Notes: generated by a model not told the origin, from the sequence alone. A stretch of 64,000 bases of DNA from Octopus sinensis (GCF_006345805.1 NC_043005.1:9176001-9240000), one strand, 5' to 3'; shown: positions 11,585-25,763, numbered from the stretch's first letter. Numbers and translations: made by a program.

Positions 11585-11790
11585 AGGTGGCTGGCAATTT
11601 TGAGGAGTTGCGATATTGATTACATCGACCCCAGTACTATGTAGTTCTGTTTTTTATTTTCTTTTTTCAACCCCGAAAGGATGAAAAATAAAGTCCATCA
11701 CGGCGGAATATGAATTCACAATCTGATGATGGACGAAATTTCACTAGACATTTTCTTCGGTGTGCTGACAATTCTTGCTAATTCGCCGCA
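11585..11790 (-). mobile_element. Degenerate SINE family B
   Basis: gattacatcgaccccagt, ccccgaaaggatgaaa and gaattcaca motifs. Confidence 0.55.
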
Positions 11791-12426
11791 TTAACCTTGT
11801 ATTGAAAAATAATTTGTTCAGTTAATTAGAAGATGATTAAGGACACTCATATTAATTTATCCATCCTAGATTGCTAGAGCCAATATTCACCGCAGCAAAA
11901 TTTGAATACAAAATGGTTCATTGTCCAGCAATGAATGGCAGCAGCCATTTCAATGAGACTGTGCTGGCATACACGTAAATGCATACGTAAATGTATCGCA
12001 TACTACTCGGCTTTCTTTCATACGTTTCAGCCTTTGTGTTGCGACCATACAAATATTTACATATACGTAAGTATGAACGTGGTATGTCAGTAATTGTTTT
12101 GGCTGTTTTGTCTCAAAAGCAACATAAGTAAATAAATGAATAAAATAAAAATAAAAAAGTTATATATAAGGTGTGAAATATTAGAAGCGATATGTTGGAC
12201 TGAGACGCCTAAACAGAAGGGGTTCGGTATAATCATAAGATCGTGGCCGTATTTAAAAAATATTGTAATGTTAATCCTTCCTAATTTACAGACACAAGCA
12301 CATACACACACACTCACGCACATAAGATTCAGTTGAATTAGGTACTTAAGTTGAGGCACCAAGTCAGCTCGAAGTAGGGTGAATAAAAAGCAAAAAAAGA
12401 AAATAACAAGGATGTTAAAGTATTAA

Positions 12427-12692
12427 CACATTACGGCCGTTTCATGCAGCTTATTTTAATCGAACAAGGCAAGCATTACATTAGACTAAAATACACGCCA
12501 TCTTCGGATGCAAAAATACAGGTTTCCAACAGGCAGGATGCTCCAGTATAATTTTTATTTGCTAAAATTATAATGGAGTATCCTGTCTGCTGAAAACCTA
12601 TATTTTTTCCCCCGAAGATGGCCGTATTTTCAAACTGATGTAATGCTTGCTTTGTTCGATTGAAAGGTGCCGCCTGACACGGCCGTAATGCG
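12427..12692. mobile_element. 266-bp palindromic MITE flanked by TTAA (piggyBac-type)
   Basis: TTAA at 12423-12426 and 12693-12696; termini CACATTACGGCCGT...ACGGCCGTAATGCG; the whole element folds back on itself. Confidence 0.8.
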
Positions 12693-12813
12693 TTAAGGCC
12701 TTGACACCCATGTTACTTATTTACTTTTAATACATACATACATATATATATATATACATATATATACATATATATATGTGTGTATATATATATGTATGTA
12801 TGTATATATATAT

Positions 12814-12872
<59 letters not shown>

Positions 12873-12888
12873 TATATATATATGTATG

Positions 12889-12929
<41 letters not shown>

Positions 12930-12931
12930 TA

Positions 12932-13312
12932 TTGGGTGTCTTCTGCTATAGCCTCGGGCCGACGAAAGCCTTGTGAGTCGATATGGTATACGGAAACTGA
13001 AAGACGTCTGTCGTATATATATCTATATGTATGTGTGTGTGTGTGTGTGTGTGGTGTGTGTGTGTGTGTGTGTGTGTGTCTGTGTCTGTGTGTCTGTGTT
13101 TATGTGTTGTGCGTCTGTGTTTTTCCCCTACCATCGTTTGACAACCAATGCTGGGATGTTTATACCCTTCTAACTTAGCGGTTCGGCACAAGTGGCTGAT
13201 AGCATATGTACTCGGCTTACGAAGAATAAGTCCTGCGGTTGATTTATTCGACTAAAGGCTGTGCTCCAGGATGGCCGCAGTCAAACAACTGAAGCAAATA
13301 AAAGAGTAAAAG
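12932..13312 (+). mobile_element. SINE family A, 5'-truncated
   Basis: Homology from the CORE-like region to the taaaag tail. Confidence 0.85.
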
Positions 13313-14080
13313 TATATGTTATATTTTATTATATTGTGTCTACATTTATATTAAATATACCGTTTGTAAAATTGGACACACTGAAATTTAGTTAGAATTG
13401 TCACACAAACACACACACACTTATACACGCATATATAAACATACGTGTGTGCTTATCGATGTGTGTGAATGTGTGTGTTTGAATGTCAGTTGTAGCGTCA
13501 GAAGCTCATTATATTGAATTTCCTACGCGGTATAAAATATAGTCATTGGTGTAATATTATAACATTGAAGTTTACAAATATAAATATTTAGTTTCTTTCG
13601 CGAAAAGATGTCTTTGTTGTTTACGCCAGTCTCCGCGTCTCTCCGCCAGCGTCTGACTGTTCTGCATGTAACCGTCTTCCTATCTCAGTCTTATCATCTC
13701 TCTTACTCTTTCTCCTAGACCTCTTCCCCGTCCTCTTGTCCCTCCTCCCCCACAACCTACACCCAATATTTTCTTCTTTGCAGTTCCCATTCTCTTACAT
13801 ACTCTTATTGTTATTGTCGTTGATCTTATCATTTCAACATTAATTTTAGCGTGGAGGATTGGCAGACTTGTCAGAACGTTGGATAAAATATATTTCCTCT
13901 GTTTCTTTTCAATCTCTGTTGAGATCCCCAAGGTCAACTTTACCTGTCATCCCCCGGGCCGCAACAAAAAGAAATAGTTATTTAGCACTAGAGTCGAAGA
14001 AATGTATTAATCCCTCTCTGAAAATTACAGGCCTGACAGTTAAATGAGAAATAATTGCTACTATTAATTGTGAATAGTGT

Positions 14081-14374
14081 AGACGCAATGGCCCAGTGGT
14101 CAGGGCAGCGGGCTCGCGGACAGAGGATCGCGATTTCGATTCCCAGACCGGGCGTTGTGCGTATTTATTCAGCGAAAACACCTAAATCTCCACGAGGCTC
14201 CGACAGGGGGTGGTGGTAACCCCTGTTGTACTCTTTCTCTCCTACTTTCTCTCACTCTTTTTTCATGTAACGCTGCGATGAACTATTGTCCCGTCCAGCT
14301 GGGAGAATACATACGCCATAGAAACCGGGAAAACGTGCCCATGAGCCTGGCTACGCTTGAAAAGGGCGACAAAA
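14081..14374 (+). mobile_element. tRNA-derived SINE family C with 12-bp target-site duplication
   Basis: A box tggcccagtgg, B-box-like ttcgattccc; attaattgtgaa at 14063-14074 and 14375-14386; homologous to 31357-31652. Confidence 0.85.
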
Positions 14375-14789
14375 ATTAATTGTGAAGTAGCAGAAACAAT
14401 AGAATGTCTCAAACTATATCTTCTGACTCTTTACGGTCTGAGTTCAAACCTCGCAGAAGTGAACTTTACATTTTCTTCATTCGGAGGCCGTAAAAATAAA
14501 TAAGTCAAATAATGATTTAAAAGATTTGTCTTCCGTCACAAATATCTGGCATTGTCCCTTTGCTAGAAATAATTGTAACATGTTAGGTTTATCAAGTCGT
14601 TTTGCAAGATTCCTGATGTGAAATCGTGTGTTGAAACACATTGTTGTATTTCGCGACGGTCGTTTATTTTTTCTCTCTTTTTTTTTGGCCAGATAAACAC
14701 ACGCACTATATATATTTTTTCTTCACTCGTTTATTACTTTTCCTATTTGATTATTTTAACTCATGTCCATTTTTTTGCACGCCGTGTAA

Positions 14790-14935
14790 AATGCTTTGCG
14801 GTATTTTGTTCGTCTTCACGTTCTGAGTTCAAATTCTGCCGAGGTCGACTTTGCCATTCATCTCTTTGTGGTCGATAAAATAAATAACAGTTGAACAATG
14901 GGGTCGTTATAATTGAGTTACTCCTTACCCCGAAA
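14790..14935 (+). mobile_element. Partial SINE family B
   Basis: ttctgagttcaaattctgccgaggtcgactttgcc...gtcgataaaataa. Confidence 0.7.
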
Positions 14936-17271
14936 TTGCTGGCTTTGTGTCAAAAGTTGATATAGGTAGCAAGTTGGCAAAATCGTTAGCCTGCTGGCAA
15001 AAATATTTGGCCGCATTTTGTTGGTCTTTTCGTAGAATGCATGAATCACACACATACACACACATATTAGGTAATAAGCAAAAAGAAAAAGAAACAAAAA
15101 AAATTGGACAAGTTTTATCAAATGTTGCATTTCTATAACGCTTAAAAATGAAAGAATATATCTTGACGTTTCGGACTTTAGTCTCTCACCATAAGAATGA
15201 AAACAGAATGAATAGAAAATGAAGAATGTGGAAAGTTGCTGAAAAAGAAAGAATAATTTTGATGCCAAGCAGTCATACGGTTCTATGAGGAGGAATTAGG
15301 AAGAGAGGAAGAGGCGGAGTGGTGTGAGCATGTATAAAATGCTATCTTTGTATAGACATCGTATATTGTGTCTGGTACTGTGGGGTGCGTGTGTTGGTTT
15401 ACAGTTGTCACTGTATGATATCGTGGGGTGCAGGAGACTGGCTTTTAGGTGTAAACGTATTGTATGTGAGAAGTAGGTGTCGGGGAGGGAAAATAAGAAA
15501 AAAACAGTGAAGTAAATGGTATTTATTTCTAGTTAGAAAAAATAAAGAAAATAAGACTAATAAAATATGCGATATGAAAAGAGCGGAGAAAGTCAGGCGG
15601 GTATGTAACAAGTACAATCTCCAGAGAAAAACAAAAGGGTGAAATGCTCTATATTTTGCAAAGTTTTCGATCTCACCGTTTATTTACATGGGTGTGTGAT
15701 TGTGTGAGCATGTGGATGATTCCAGACGTCTTGTAACTCCGTTGCAAAATGTATTCTCTTAAATGCAAATGCTAATGTAACAAATGAATAAAAGAATTTA
15801 TTAATATTATTGTAGGTGTTGATGTTGTTCTTTTGGAGTTGTTGTTTCTGTTGCTTTTGTACATCCTTTTATCTGTGTATTTCATTTACGTCATAAAATT
15901 ACGCTAAAAAATAAGAGAAAAAATTATCACCATTTCAAATACCTTAGATTAACGTCTGTACTGATAGCAGAATCTTTAGCTGTCTTCATTGTTATTTAAA
16001 CCACTTCACAAATAGATGGTTTGTCTTTAATGTTTCAAAAAGCAAGCTCATTGGAGAGCCAGAAAAACTAGATCCAAAGTGAAATGCGAAATTAATTTCC
16101 ACGAAGAAATCCCAGATGTAAAACGTTAACATTTCAGCGGTTTTTGAGTTAGCATGAAGTTTAAAGGAAATCAAAAGAGAACCAGCTTTATGGAGATATC
16201 ATCGAATTTGTTGTGTTATATTTTGTAATTTTTTGTTCGTATTATATTCTGCAAGATATATGATATGCATAAATTATCGTCATGCCGTTTTCTCTGCATT
16301 AAATAAGAAATAACAATGTATAAATATAATATTCTAAGTAGAATTCTGTCTGTAAAATTCCATCACGATCTTTACCCCTCTCTCTCTCTCTCTCACACAT
16401 ACGCATGCGTGTGCACACACGTAATCTCTATCCCACTCTCTCTCAATCTTTCTCTCTCTCACTCTTACTCTCTATTTCCCTCTCTCTTTTTTCTCTTTAT
16501 GTCAATTTCGTCTTACTGTAAGTAGATGTACTTCAATGATATTACAGTATCGGGATAAAGAATAAAGAGAAACTTGATTTAAATACAAAGTGGCAAATGT
16601 TGTAAATGAAATACGGAGGAAATGAAACCTCAACCTGGATGCCGGGGTGGAGTTATAATCGTATCTCAAAACATTCAGATAGTCATGTATCTTCTTTTTA
16701 TTCCTCACCATCCGTAGATATTTAGTATTGGTAGCTATTATATTATTATATTTGTTATAAAATTTTTGTGGTAAATCTACTGGGATGCTGAAACAGGCAC
16801 AGAAACTAAAGCAAAGTGTGCTCTATTTATTTGGCTTTTGGGTTTAGAATCGGAAGTATGGAAATGTCTCACTCTTATACATATACATATATATATAATC
16901 AAAGGAAACATAACAGGAGTGAAAACACACAAATACACCATAAATTCCTGCATTCAGACACATTTAACATATTAACACATATTTATAAGAAAGCGCTCGG
17001 AAATACACCTGCAATTTTATATTAACCTGATATATTTCGCACAGACATGCACATGCAGAACACATCTCACACATGCACGTATTGAACATATCTCACACGT
17101 GCATTTGGATATCCTAACATAATATAGAGATAACTCACGCAAAAACATATACTCATTCGACAACAAACGCATATTATCTATGTCATTTAACGTGCACGCA
17201 TATTCACGTACAAAAAATGTCACACTCGATTAATCTTAATACGACAGTGCAAATACTCAATGAACACTTAA

Positions 17272-17302
<31 letters not shown>

Positions 17303-17899
17303 CACTTAAAGACATACGGAGAATAAAAGTAATAGAGTTTACGTACGCACATGCATACACACACACTCACACACACAGACACTTGCACACGCAATCGCAT
17401 ATAAAGTTCGGCTCGTACGCATTCACTCTAATAACTTATATATGAATCACGTAAACCAGCACAAAAACACAACTACACAAATACGACGTCAGTAATATGA
17501 CATTTCTACTTATATGAACCTTATAATGAAACTCAAACAGCCTCATTATTTAGACCCTACTAGACTATCTCTAATACCTTATATTACATTGCGCTTAACA
17601 ACTCCATTCCATCTTGCTCATAGCCATACAGGCAAATACACATACACAAACGAATATAAATACAAGACAGTTGTCTAATGTATAGTTCTCGTACGCATAT
17701 TAAAATTAATGCATGCAGATTAACTCCATATAGCCACACTAACTAACCCCACACGTACTCACAGATCGAACCCGAGATTAAAAGCTATCTAGAAAATCAA
17801 CTTTTGCCAAAATAAATCAGCCCTGCCAAAATTAAGAGAGTCAGAAAAGTCTTTTCCTGATGGTATCTGTCTATCCTTGGCTAATTGCTGTTTTGCACT

Positions 17900-19040
17900 C
17901 CCTTCCTGCAAAAAGCGTATACAGTTGGTTTTCATTCATGCTGCATTTTTTCAGATCTGATGGCCTGTGGAGTCTCATACACTATTGAAGCAGGAAGTAG
18001 ATGTGGCAATTGTCTAGTTTCCACATGTTTCTCCACTTGATCTTCCTCTTGGGGATGTCTCGTTTGGTCATGGACCCCTGGGATACCACTACCATAGGTT
18101 TTGACTCTTTTCTTCCTCCTGGTGCCGTACATCTACCTGGGTCATGACTCTCTTTTCCTTGGTATCTACCTTTCTCCATTGTAGGAAATATAAAGAAAAG
18201 AGACCATACCGCTCTGTACAGGAAATTCAAATGTTAACGCGTGGCTTAACTATACTTTTGGTTGTGTAATCGTGGTGTTTGCTATCCATTTGCACCCTTC
18301 TCTAGTAATGATGCCTGTATGTCTGGGACGTTCATCCTGGCATTCGCTGCACCTCATTAGAATACCATACTTCGCAACCTTGAGTTCCTGTCATACATAA
18401 CAAGCTTCTAGCTTTCCACATCTTACGTACAGCCCTGCAGAAAAGAAGCTTAGAGGAATACTCAACCAAGTTCCTAGGCACTTATTTATCTTCCCACCTC
18501 CTTCCTGAGTCCTCAGAGTCTGTGTTTGTACAGCCATGCTTTGAATTTTTCTGGAAGTGCTGATCTTTCATTCCTTTTCTGTCACTCCTCTATCTGCTTA
18601 CCAAAACTGACATTCCACCTGACAGAGAGGGAATTCTTTAACCACTTTCCAAGACATTGTTCAGATTTTCCTATTTCGATAGAATAGATCTCCATTGGAC
18701 TTGCAGTTTATACTTATTTGTAAATTTCCTTTTCTGAACTTTAGATTTCGAAATTTCTTGGATTAAATCCTGATTCCAAGCTATGTTGTCGCATGCTCAG
18801 TTGAAGTGAACATCTATTTTGCCTTCCATATCGTATTTTTTTTAAGTAGGGTATTTTGTATAGTATAAATGTAGGGTCCACTGTTTTCCAATCTAACTAT
18901 GTCTTGTATTACATTGCAATATCTATCTAATTTCAATGTCTACTAAATCATTTGTAGAGAGAGGTACTTGTGTGGCCAGTATATCAATTGGAGTACTCCA
19001 CGTTTGCTATCGTTTGTTTAAACAAATGTGGTTTGTTGCA
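17900..19040 (-). mobile_element. Degenerate HERO-like (RLE-clade) non-LTR retrotransposon fragment
   Basis: Frame-broken minus-strand peptides SKKFRNLKFRKG, GLYVRCGKLE..ELKVAK..LM..TREGCKWIA and SQGSMTKRDIPKRKIKWRNMWKLD..IYFLLQ.VYETP resemble the RT-thumb to zinc-finger region of HERO/NeSL-like elements. Confidence 0.65.
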
Positions 19041-19282
19041 AATTAGACAATAAAGTATTCAGGAAATAGAAGAAAAGCTGAAGATAGTTTTGTGAAATTC
19101 AGTACTAATTAAACTCCAAGGATCTCAGATACAAAATTCTTTTCAAAATTTAATAAAGTACAGGAAACTAGAATGGTCGTGTTATCAATACATACACATT
19201 CGAAAGCAAAATTATCTTCATTTTTACAATATGTGTGTGTGTTTGCATGCGTGTGCGTGTGTGTAACATATATATATATATA

Positions 19283-19512
19283 TGCGGCGAGCTGGCAGAA
19301 ACGTTAGCACGCCGGGCGAAATGCGTTGCCGTTTTTCGTCTGTCGTTACGTTCCGAGTTCAAATTCCGCCGAGGTCGACTTTGCCTTTTATCCTTTCGGG
19401 GTCGATAAATAAAGTACTAGTTACGCACTGGGGTCGATGTAATCGACTTAATCCCTTTGTCTGTCCTTGTTTGTCCCCTCTGTGTTTAGCCCCTTGTGGG
19501 TAGTAAAGAAAT
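19283..19512 (+). mobile_element. tRNA-derived SINE family B (Meta/MESC-like central domain), full length
   Basis: Head gagctggcagaaacgttag...gagttcaaattcc; core gaggtcgactttgcctttcatcctttcggggtcgataaa..agtac; tail gtaaagaaata. Confidence 0.9.
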
Positions 19513-19522
19513 ATATATATAT

Positions 19523-19694
19523 AGGCGCAGGAGTGGCTGCGTGGTAAGTAGCTTGCTTACCAACCACATGGTTCCGGGTTCAGTCCCACTGCGTGGCACC
19601 TTGGGCAGGTGTCTTCTACTATAACCTCGGGCCGACCAAAGCCTTGTGATGGATTTGGTAGACGGAAACTGAAAGAAGCCCGTCGTATATATGA

Positions 19695-19744
<50 letters not shown>

Positions 19745-19989
19745 ATATATATATATATGTGTGTGCGTGTATGTTTGTGTGTCTGTGTTTGTCCCCCAAG
19801 CATTGCTTGACAACCGATGCTGGTGTGTTTATGTTCCCGTCACTTAGCGGTTCGGCAAAAGAGACCGATAGAATAAGTACTGGGCTTACAAAGAATAAGT
19901 CCCGAGGTCGAGTTGCTCGACTAAAGGCGGTGCTCCAGCATGGCCGCAGTCAAATGACTGAAACAAGTAAAAGAGTAAAGAGTAAAGAG
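19523..19989 (+). mobile_element. SINE family A, full length, directly behind a family B copy
   Basis: Complete head, CORE-like domain, (TA/TG)n insert and tail. Confidence 0.92.
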
Positions 19990-20810
19990 ATATATATATA
20001 TAAACTCCCACACATTTTGAATGCCTGGTTACATGTGTATTCATGTTTATTTATGCCGGTCAGTGCAGCAACACTGTATTGATCTGTTTTAAGAAAGTTA
20101 GGTGAAGGCTGGAACGTATGATGGCGTAATGTAAATAGTGAGAATGAAGACAAGATATGAGATTCCCTCTTGTGTTTATTTATATCTTCCTTCATCACCC
20201 CTGTCACACACACACACACACACACACGCGCACACACACACACGCGCACACACACACTTCATTCTACACACCGCAGGACGAAGTTATTTTATTACATCTG
20301 TTTATACAACACTTCCTACACTCGACAATGCTCAATTAATGGTTGCATCTGTTCAGTGTTCACATGAGAGGAAAACTAAAGAGAACGCTTGGCTGATTGT
20401 GATGGCGGCCAATATGTACGTAACTCTCTTGTTAAGCTTTTGTTTCCACACAGAAACAATCGGTTCGCATGGATGCGTCGAATCAGTGGCAATCTGTTTT
20501 TGTCAAAAGCACGTTGCTAGTGTTGGGACGAGAGTACATGTAAAAGGTATACAATGTATGAGTGGCTTGTATTGTTTATCTGAGTTCCGCTTATCTTAAT
20601 TATAAATGGTAAGTGTGGTAGGGGGTAAGAAAGTTCGTACAGCACCCGTTGGAAATTAATAAAATGTATTGGAACAGCTTTGTTTTAAGATATTGTTTTG
20701 TTATTTATCGATAGATTTTCTTATTTTGCCTTTCCACCTACGTATCCATTCGTCTATTTATTTAAGTGCCGTATTTTTTCATAATTCTCACTCCCTGTGT
20801 CTCACACTCA

Positions 20811-20841
<31 letters not shown>

Positions 20842-21017
20842 CACATCCGTGTTATAAACAAATGTGTATATATATATACTCAGAAATAGTGAGCTTTTTA
20901 TCAGCTAAAAGAATTTGGAAATTGTATATATACACATTCATTTGTGCATTTTTGCGTTTGTATGTTTGTGTGTACGTACGTATGTATGTATGTTTGTACG
21001 TATATATGTTTTAATGC

Positions 21018-21067
<50 letters not shown>

Positions 21068-21110
21068 TCATACATACATACATACATACATACATACATA
21101 CATACATACA

Positions 21111-21142
<32 letters not shown>

Positions 21143-21640
21143 CAGGCGTGTATACATTTATATGTGTTTGTATGTTGTGAATGTATGTATGGGGCGAGTG
21201 TGTCTATATGTGTACAGGAGAATAGAAGACAAACACGAAAAGCAATATATGAATGATTGCCACCTCATAAAAGGCAAGTGCAGATCATTGGAAAATAGTG
21301 CCATTAAAAGCGATTAAAATACATGAGAATGGCGGAGGTATATAAGAAGCGTGTATCCGATTGGATAGTCTAATTACGCCTCCTTCAAACATCGCAATCA
21401 GTCAGTTGTCTTTGTTTCTCATGCATATCTTTATTCCGTTTCTTAGAGTCCCTCCTTCACTTGGTCATATTTTTGTTTGTCTTCACAGTACCATCCTGAG
21501 CTGAGTACAGACATTTGCGTATTAAGATTAACAACAATTCTGTCAACATTTCAGACGTGGATGTGTTGTATGAAGTGTGCTTCGCAATCATCTGGTTTCA
21601 GGTTCAATCTCATTTCACGTTACATTGGACAAGTATCTTA

Positions 21641-21725
21641 TACTATATCTACGGGCCAACCAAAGACTTCTGAATGGATTTGGTAGACGGAAACTGAAAG
21701 AAGACTGTCGTATATATATATATAT

Positions 21726-21779
<54 letters not shown>

Positions 21780-22040
21780 TGTGTGCGTGGTGTTCGTGTG
21801 CTTGCGTGCATGTGTGTGAGTATGCGCCTTTATTTAGTCTGTGTTTGTCCCCACCACCAACTGCTTCACAACCGAAAATGGTATATTTACGTCCACCTAA
21901 CGTAGCGGTTCGGCATAAAGAACCGATAGAACAAATACCAGTACTTTATAATACAGATACTGGAGTCAATTCATTTCTACAAAAATTCTTCAAGACGGTA
22001 CCCCAGCTTGGCCGCAGTCTAATGACTAAAGGAAATAAAT
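21641..22040 (+). mobile_element. Degenerate SINE family A
   Basis: ggatttggtagacggaaactgaaagaag and gcggttcggc...ccgatagaa motifs. Confidence 0.7.
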
Positions 22041-22703
22041 TATGAAAGGAAAAATATTGCGTTTTTTTTAAAGGGAAGATGAATTGGATAATTTACACCT
22101 AAAAGCACCGTATCCAAGAGAAACATGATGGGCACCGTTGGAACGCCTTTTGATGATTGATTTGCATATTACTGGTTGACCTGCGGTTCAAGGCCGACAT
22201 ATCAGATTTTAGTACTTATATTTTGATCTATATTCTCTATAGGAGGAATAAATTGAAATCTGTCTATCTATCTACATATAAACATATGCATCTATACATA
22301 CATACATACATACATACATACATACATACATACATACATACATACATACATACATACATACATACATACATACATACATACATACCATACATACATACAT
22401 ACATGTATGTGTGTGTATATGTATACACACACACATATATGTATGTATGTATGTATCTATCTATCTATCTATGTATATATATAATAGAAATATGAGATAC
22501 ATTATATTCACATAGACACAGATAAGTGCAGACCCAGATAAGCACACAAACTGCCATGTTTGCGCACGTGTGTGTGTGCATAAATATAATTGGTGAGGTG
22601 GGTGTACATGTTTAGACAGTTCAAGCATCATTGGTGTTATAAAATTTTATAACAGTTGATGCTAAGCAGTATAGAAAGGAGAATCAATTCCATTAGCAAA
22701 TTA

Positions 22704-24867
22704 TACTGGGCAACAAAAACGATTTATTGTCTGCTACCCACACAATCGCGTACGCTGGTTCCGAATCTGAACTCAGAATTGCTATAACACGTCAGCATTT
22801 TGAGTTATGCGCATAATTATATATTAATACTATGTCAGAATTAGGAATAGTTAAGTTCAAGATAAATAATTATTGTAATAGTATATTTGTACTGTATATA
22901 GTAAATTTATGTTCAAGGCAAATAGTATTATAATATAATAGTACATAGTGTATTTATGTTAAGGGAATACTCAATTTATTTTTGATATTCTCAGGTCAGA
23001 AATGTTTGAGATTCTTGCTCTTGCACTTATGAGTCGTGCTGGTCTTCCGTAGTAGTACCCAACGGTAGTTGGGTCCTATATCATGTGTGCATTCAACCGG
23101 ACTTGATACCTCGTTTCCATCTCAGTTATGTACTGGTGGAACCTCTTACCATGCTCATCACAAACGGCACCAAGATTCGTTGGAAAAGAATCGAGATGAG
23201 AATGCCAGAAGTGCATTTTTAGGGACATTCGGCATCCCATTCTTTCATACGCTGTTAGCATTTTGTTTATTAAATCAGTATAGTTTTCCGCTCTATGATT
23301 TCCTAGAAAGTTCTATACAACTAATACGAATTCAGTTTACCTCTGAATTTGCAATCTCAGGTCCAATGAAATTGTCTGCTTTCAATTTTGCGTCACTTTT
23401 CTCTGCACCAAATTTTACTTTTAGGTAGTCATTGTTTTTACAAAGTTTTTCATGAGGCCGATTTTGATGTGAAGGGGCGGAAGGAAGATCTTTTGCGGGT
23501 CTACCAGTAGCGTATGCTGCACATTGTACCGACCAACTATCCACTCATCTCTTTTAGACCAGTCTTTTAAAGGGTAATGACTGCAGTCGTCGCGGCTGTT
23601 CCAAACACACAAGAAGCATATATTTTTGGTATATCCCAGCTGCAGTCGTAGGAAAAGGGAAATCACCTTTAAATCACCACAAAAATTCCACTTATAAACT
23701 GAGTAATTAACTCCTTTCCGAATGAGTTCCATCGATTTGTAAGTTTGTTTTTTCCATAACCCCCAGGAATGGAACCTTACTCGAGTCTATGAACATTCTC
23801 TATTCGTTAGCCACATGCACGTGTCCTAGTTCTTGCATTGATTGCATTAGCGTCAGTACAGAAACAAGCATTATTTTTTTGCTTCAAAAAGATAGATAAG
23901 CCTTTATCGGGATATCGGAAAATGGAAATATTCGTACCTTGCTGTAGGAGATACCGTTGTTGTAGTTTGGATCCCAAAACTTCTGCCCTCTCCTCTGACA
24001 ATGCTAGGTCTCTTGCTAAATCGTTCAAATCTTGTTGATTAAACTAGCCTGGGTCATTCTTTTAGTATCAACCACGTACTCTTCGTCGATAGGAGAGTCA
24101 GGGGTTCATCGTGCGACGTGTCAAGATTTTCAAGTGAAGCGTGTGAGAGGGGAACTGTGATAGGGTTATCGAAGTCATGTGGGACCGGTTTTAGAGCTGA
24201 CTTACAATCTGCATACACAATTTTTGCTTTGGCCTTCTTTGAGAAACTACGAATAATAGCCATGCAAAAGTAACAATCAGAGAGAGGATTGGTTGGTGCT
24301 CGCCATACCATTGGTGCAGGAAAATGCATTCCCTTCCGTTGTCCATCCAGCCACTGTGTAAGTCCTGGGTAGCACACGCTGCAGCATATATGAACTACCC
24401 AATTCTTGTCTTTGTCCCCGACTTTACACCCGAAATAATATTTATAAGCAGTCTCCTATTCAGCATCTAACACAACGAACACAGTTAAAACAATAATCAC
24501 GCAAAGCGAGAGATAAACATACCACACGTGACGGCAGCACAAACGACACTTAGAGTTACCAAGAATAAACTGACGTATTTGGCATTGCAAACAATACGTC
24601 AGCGCCATTTGTTGCTAAACTAAACAATGACCTTTCTCATCATTTGTTTTATTGCTGTTATTTCTTTAATTTTGAATTAAGACCGCTTTCATTATTAGGA
24701 AATTTTATAATAATCTAGCTGAAAGTATAATTATAATCTTGCGCATGCACAGAACTCAAAATCCAGACGCGCTAGAACAATTCTGAGCGCGGATTCGGAA
24801 TCAGCATCCACAATATAGTCTATAACACTTGCTCATACTCTAGTAGCAAAATCTGTGTTGTCCAGTG
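22704..24867 (-). mobile_element. Chapaev3-type (CMC superfamily) DNA transposon, full length, inactive
   Basis: TTA duplicated at 22701-22703 and 24868-24870; termini (t)ACTGGGCAAC / GTTGTCCAGTG; imperfect subterminal inverted repeats at 22754-22790 and 24776-24805; internal transposase remnant. Confidence 0.78.
23030..24500 (-). pseudogene. Frameshifted transposase of the Chapaev3-like element
   Basis: YFGCKVGDKDKNW..HICC..C, PMVWRAPTN..SDCYFC, NDLARDLALS, CGDLKVI..GYTK..CFLCVWNSR, PPLHIKIGLMKNFVK, FIGPEI and SHLDSFPTNLGAVCDEHGKRFHQ spread over several frames. Confidence 0.85.
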
Positions 24868-25299
24868 TTATTGTTGTCAAGCACTGCTGAGAAAAATTCT
24901 CTGATAGAAAGCATTCCATTCATGACCAGGATATCTGTTGAGATGTCTAGCAAGACGTGATCTAATATGTCCGTCCTCGTTTATGGTGAAAGGAATTGAT
25001 ATAACTAATTTTTGAATACTCTTTCTCATACCTCAGGGGACCACGTACAATTATTAGTATTTTTTAATGTTCTTTGTACCTTTGAAAAACTCTACATGTA
25101 CGTCGAATTTACACTCATCACTTTCTGTTATTTCAATGTCATTGACTGCAATCTACAAGGACAGTAAAGAATAAATAATCTACATTTGTTATAATAATAT
25201 TCTTCAACGTTGTTAAATATGTGCCGATGTTAAGTTACATACGCAAGATAGCAAAAGAAAAATATTCTTTTCTACTGTAGGCACAAGGCACAACATTTT

Positions 25300-25698
25300 G
25301 GGGGAAGTTTGGGCAGTCGATTAGATTGACACCAGTAGGCAACTGGTACTTAAATTATCGACCCCGAAATGATGAACGGCAAAGTCGAGGTCGGCAAAAT
25401 TTGAACTCAGACCATAAAGACAGATGAAATACTTCTAAGCATTTTGCCCGGCTTGCTAACGTCTCTTATTTCTTTATTGCCCACGAGAGCCTAAACATAG
25501 AGAGGACAAACAAGGATAGACAAAGGGATGAAGTCGATTACATCGACCCCAGTGTTTCACTGGTACTTAATTTATCGACCCCGAAAGGATGAAAGGCAAA
25601 GTCGAACTGGGCGGAATTTCAACTCAGAACGTAACGGCAGACAAAACACTGCTAGGCATTTCGCCCAGCATGCGAACGTTTCTGCCAACACACCACCT
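25300..25698 (-). mobile_element. Two tandem SINE family B copies (degenerate plus full length)
   Basis: Full copy at 25467-25698; older copy at 25300-25461. Confidence 0.85.
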
Positions 25699-25763
25699 TG
25701 CGAAAAAAAAAAATATTGATTAGATTTCGGGACGGTCATTTTTTTGTCAAATAAACGCACGCA

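Noticed and set aside
14081-14150. tRNA genes at SINE heads
   Set aside because: A/B boxes are present, but there is no full cloverleaf and each continues into a SINE body
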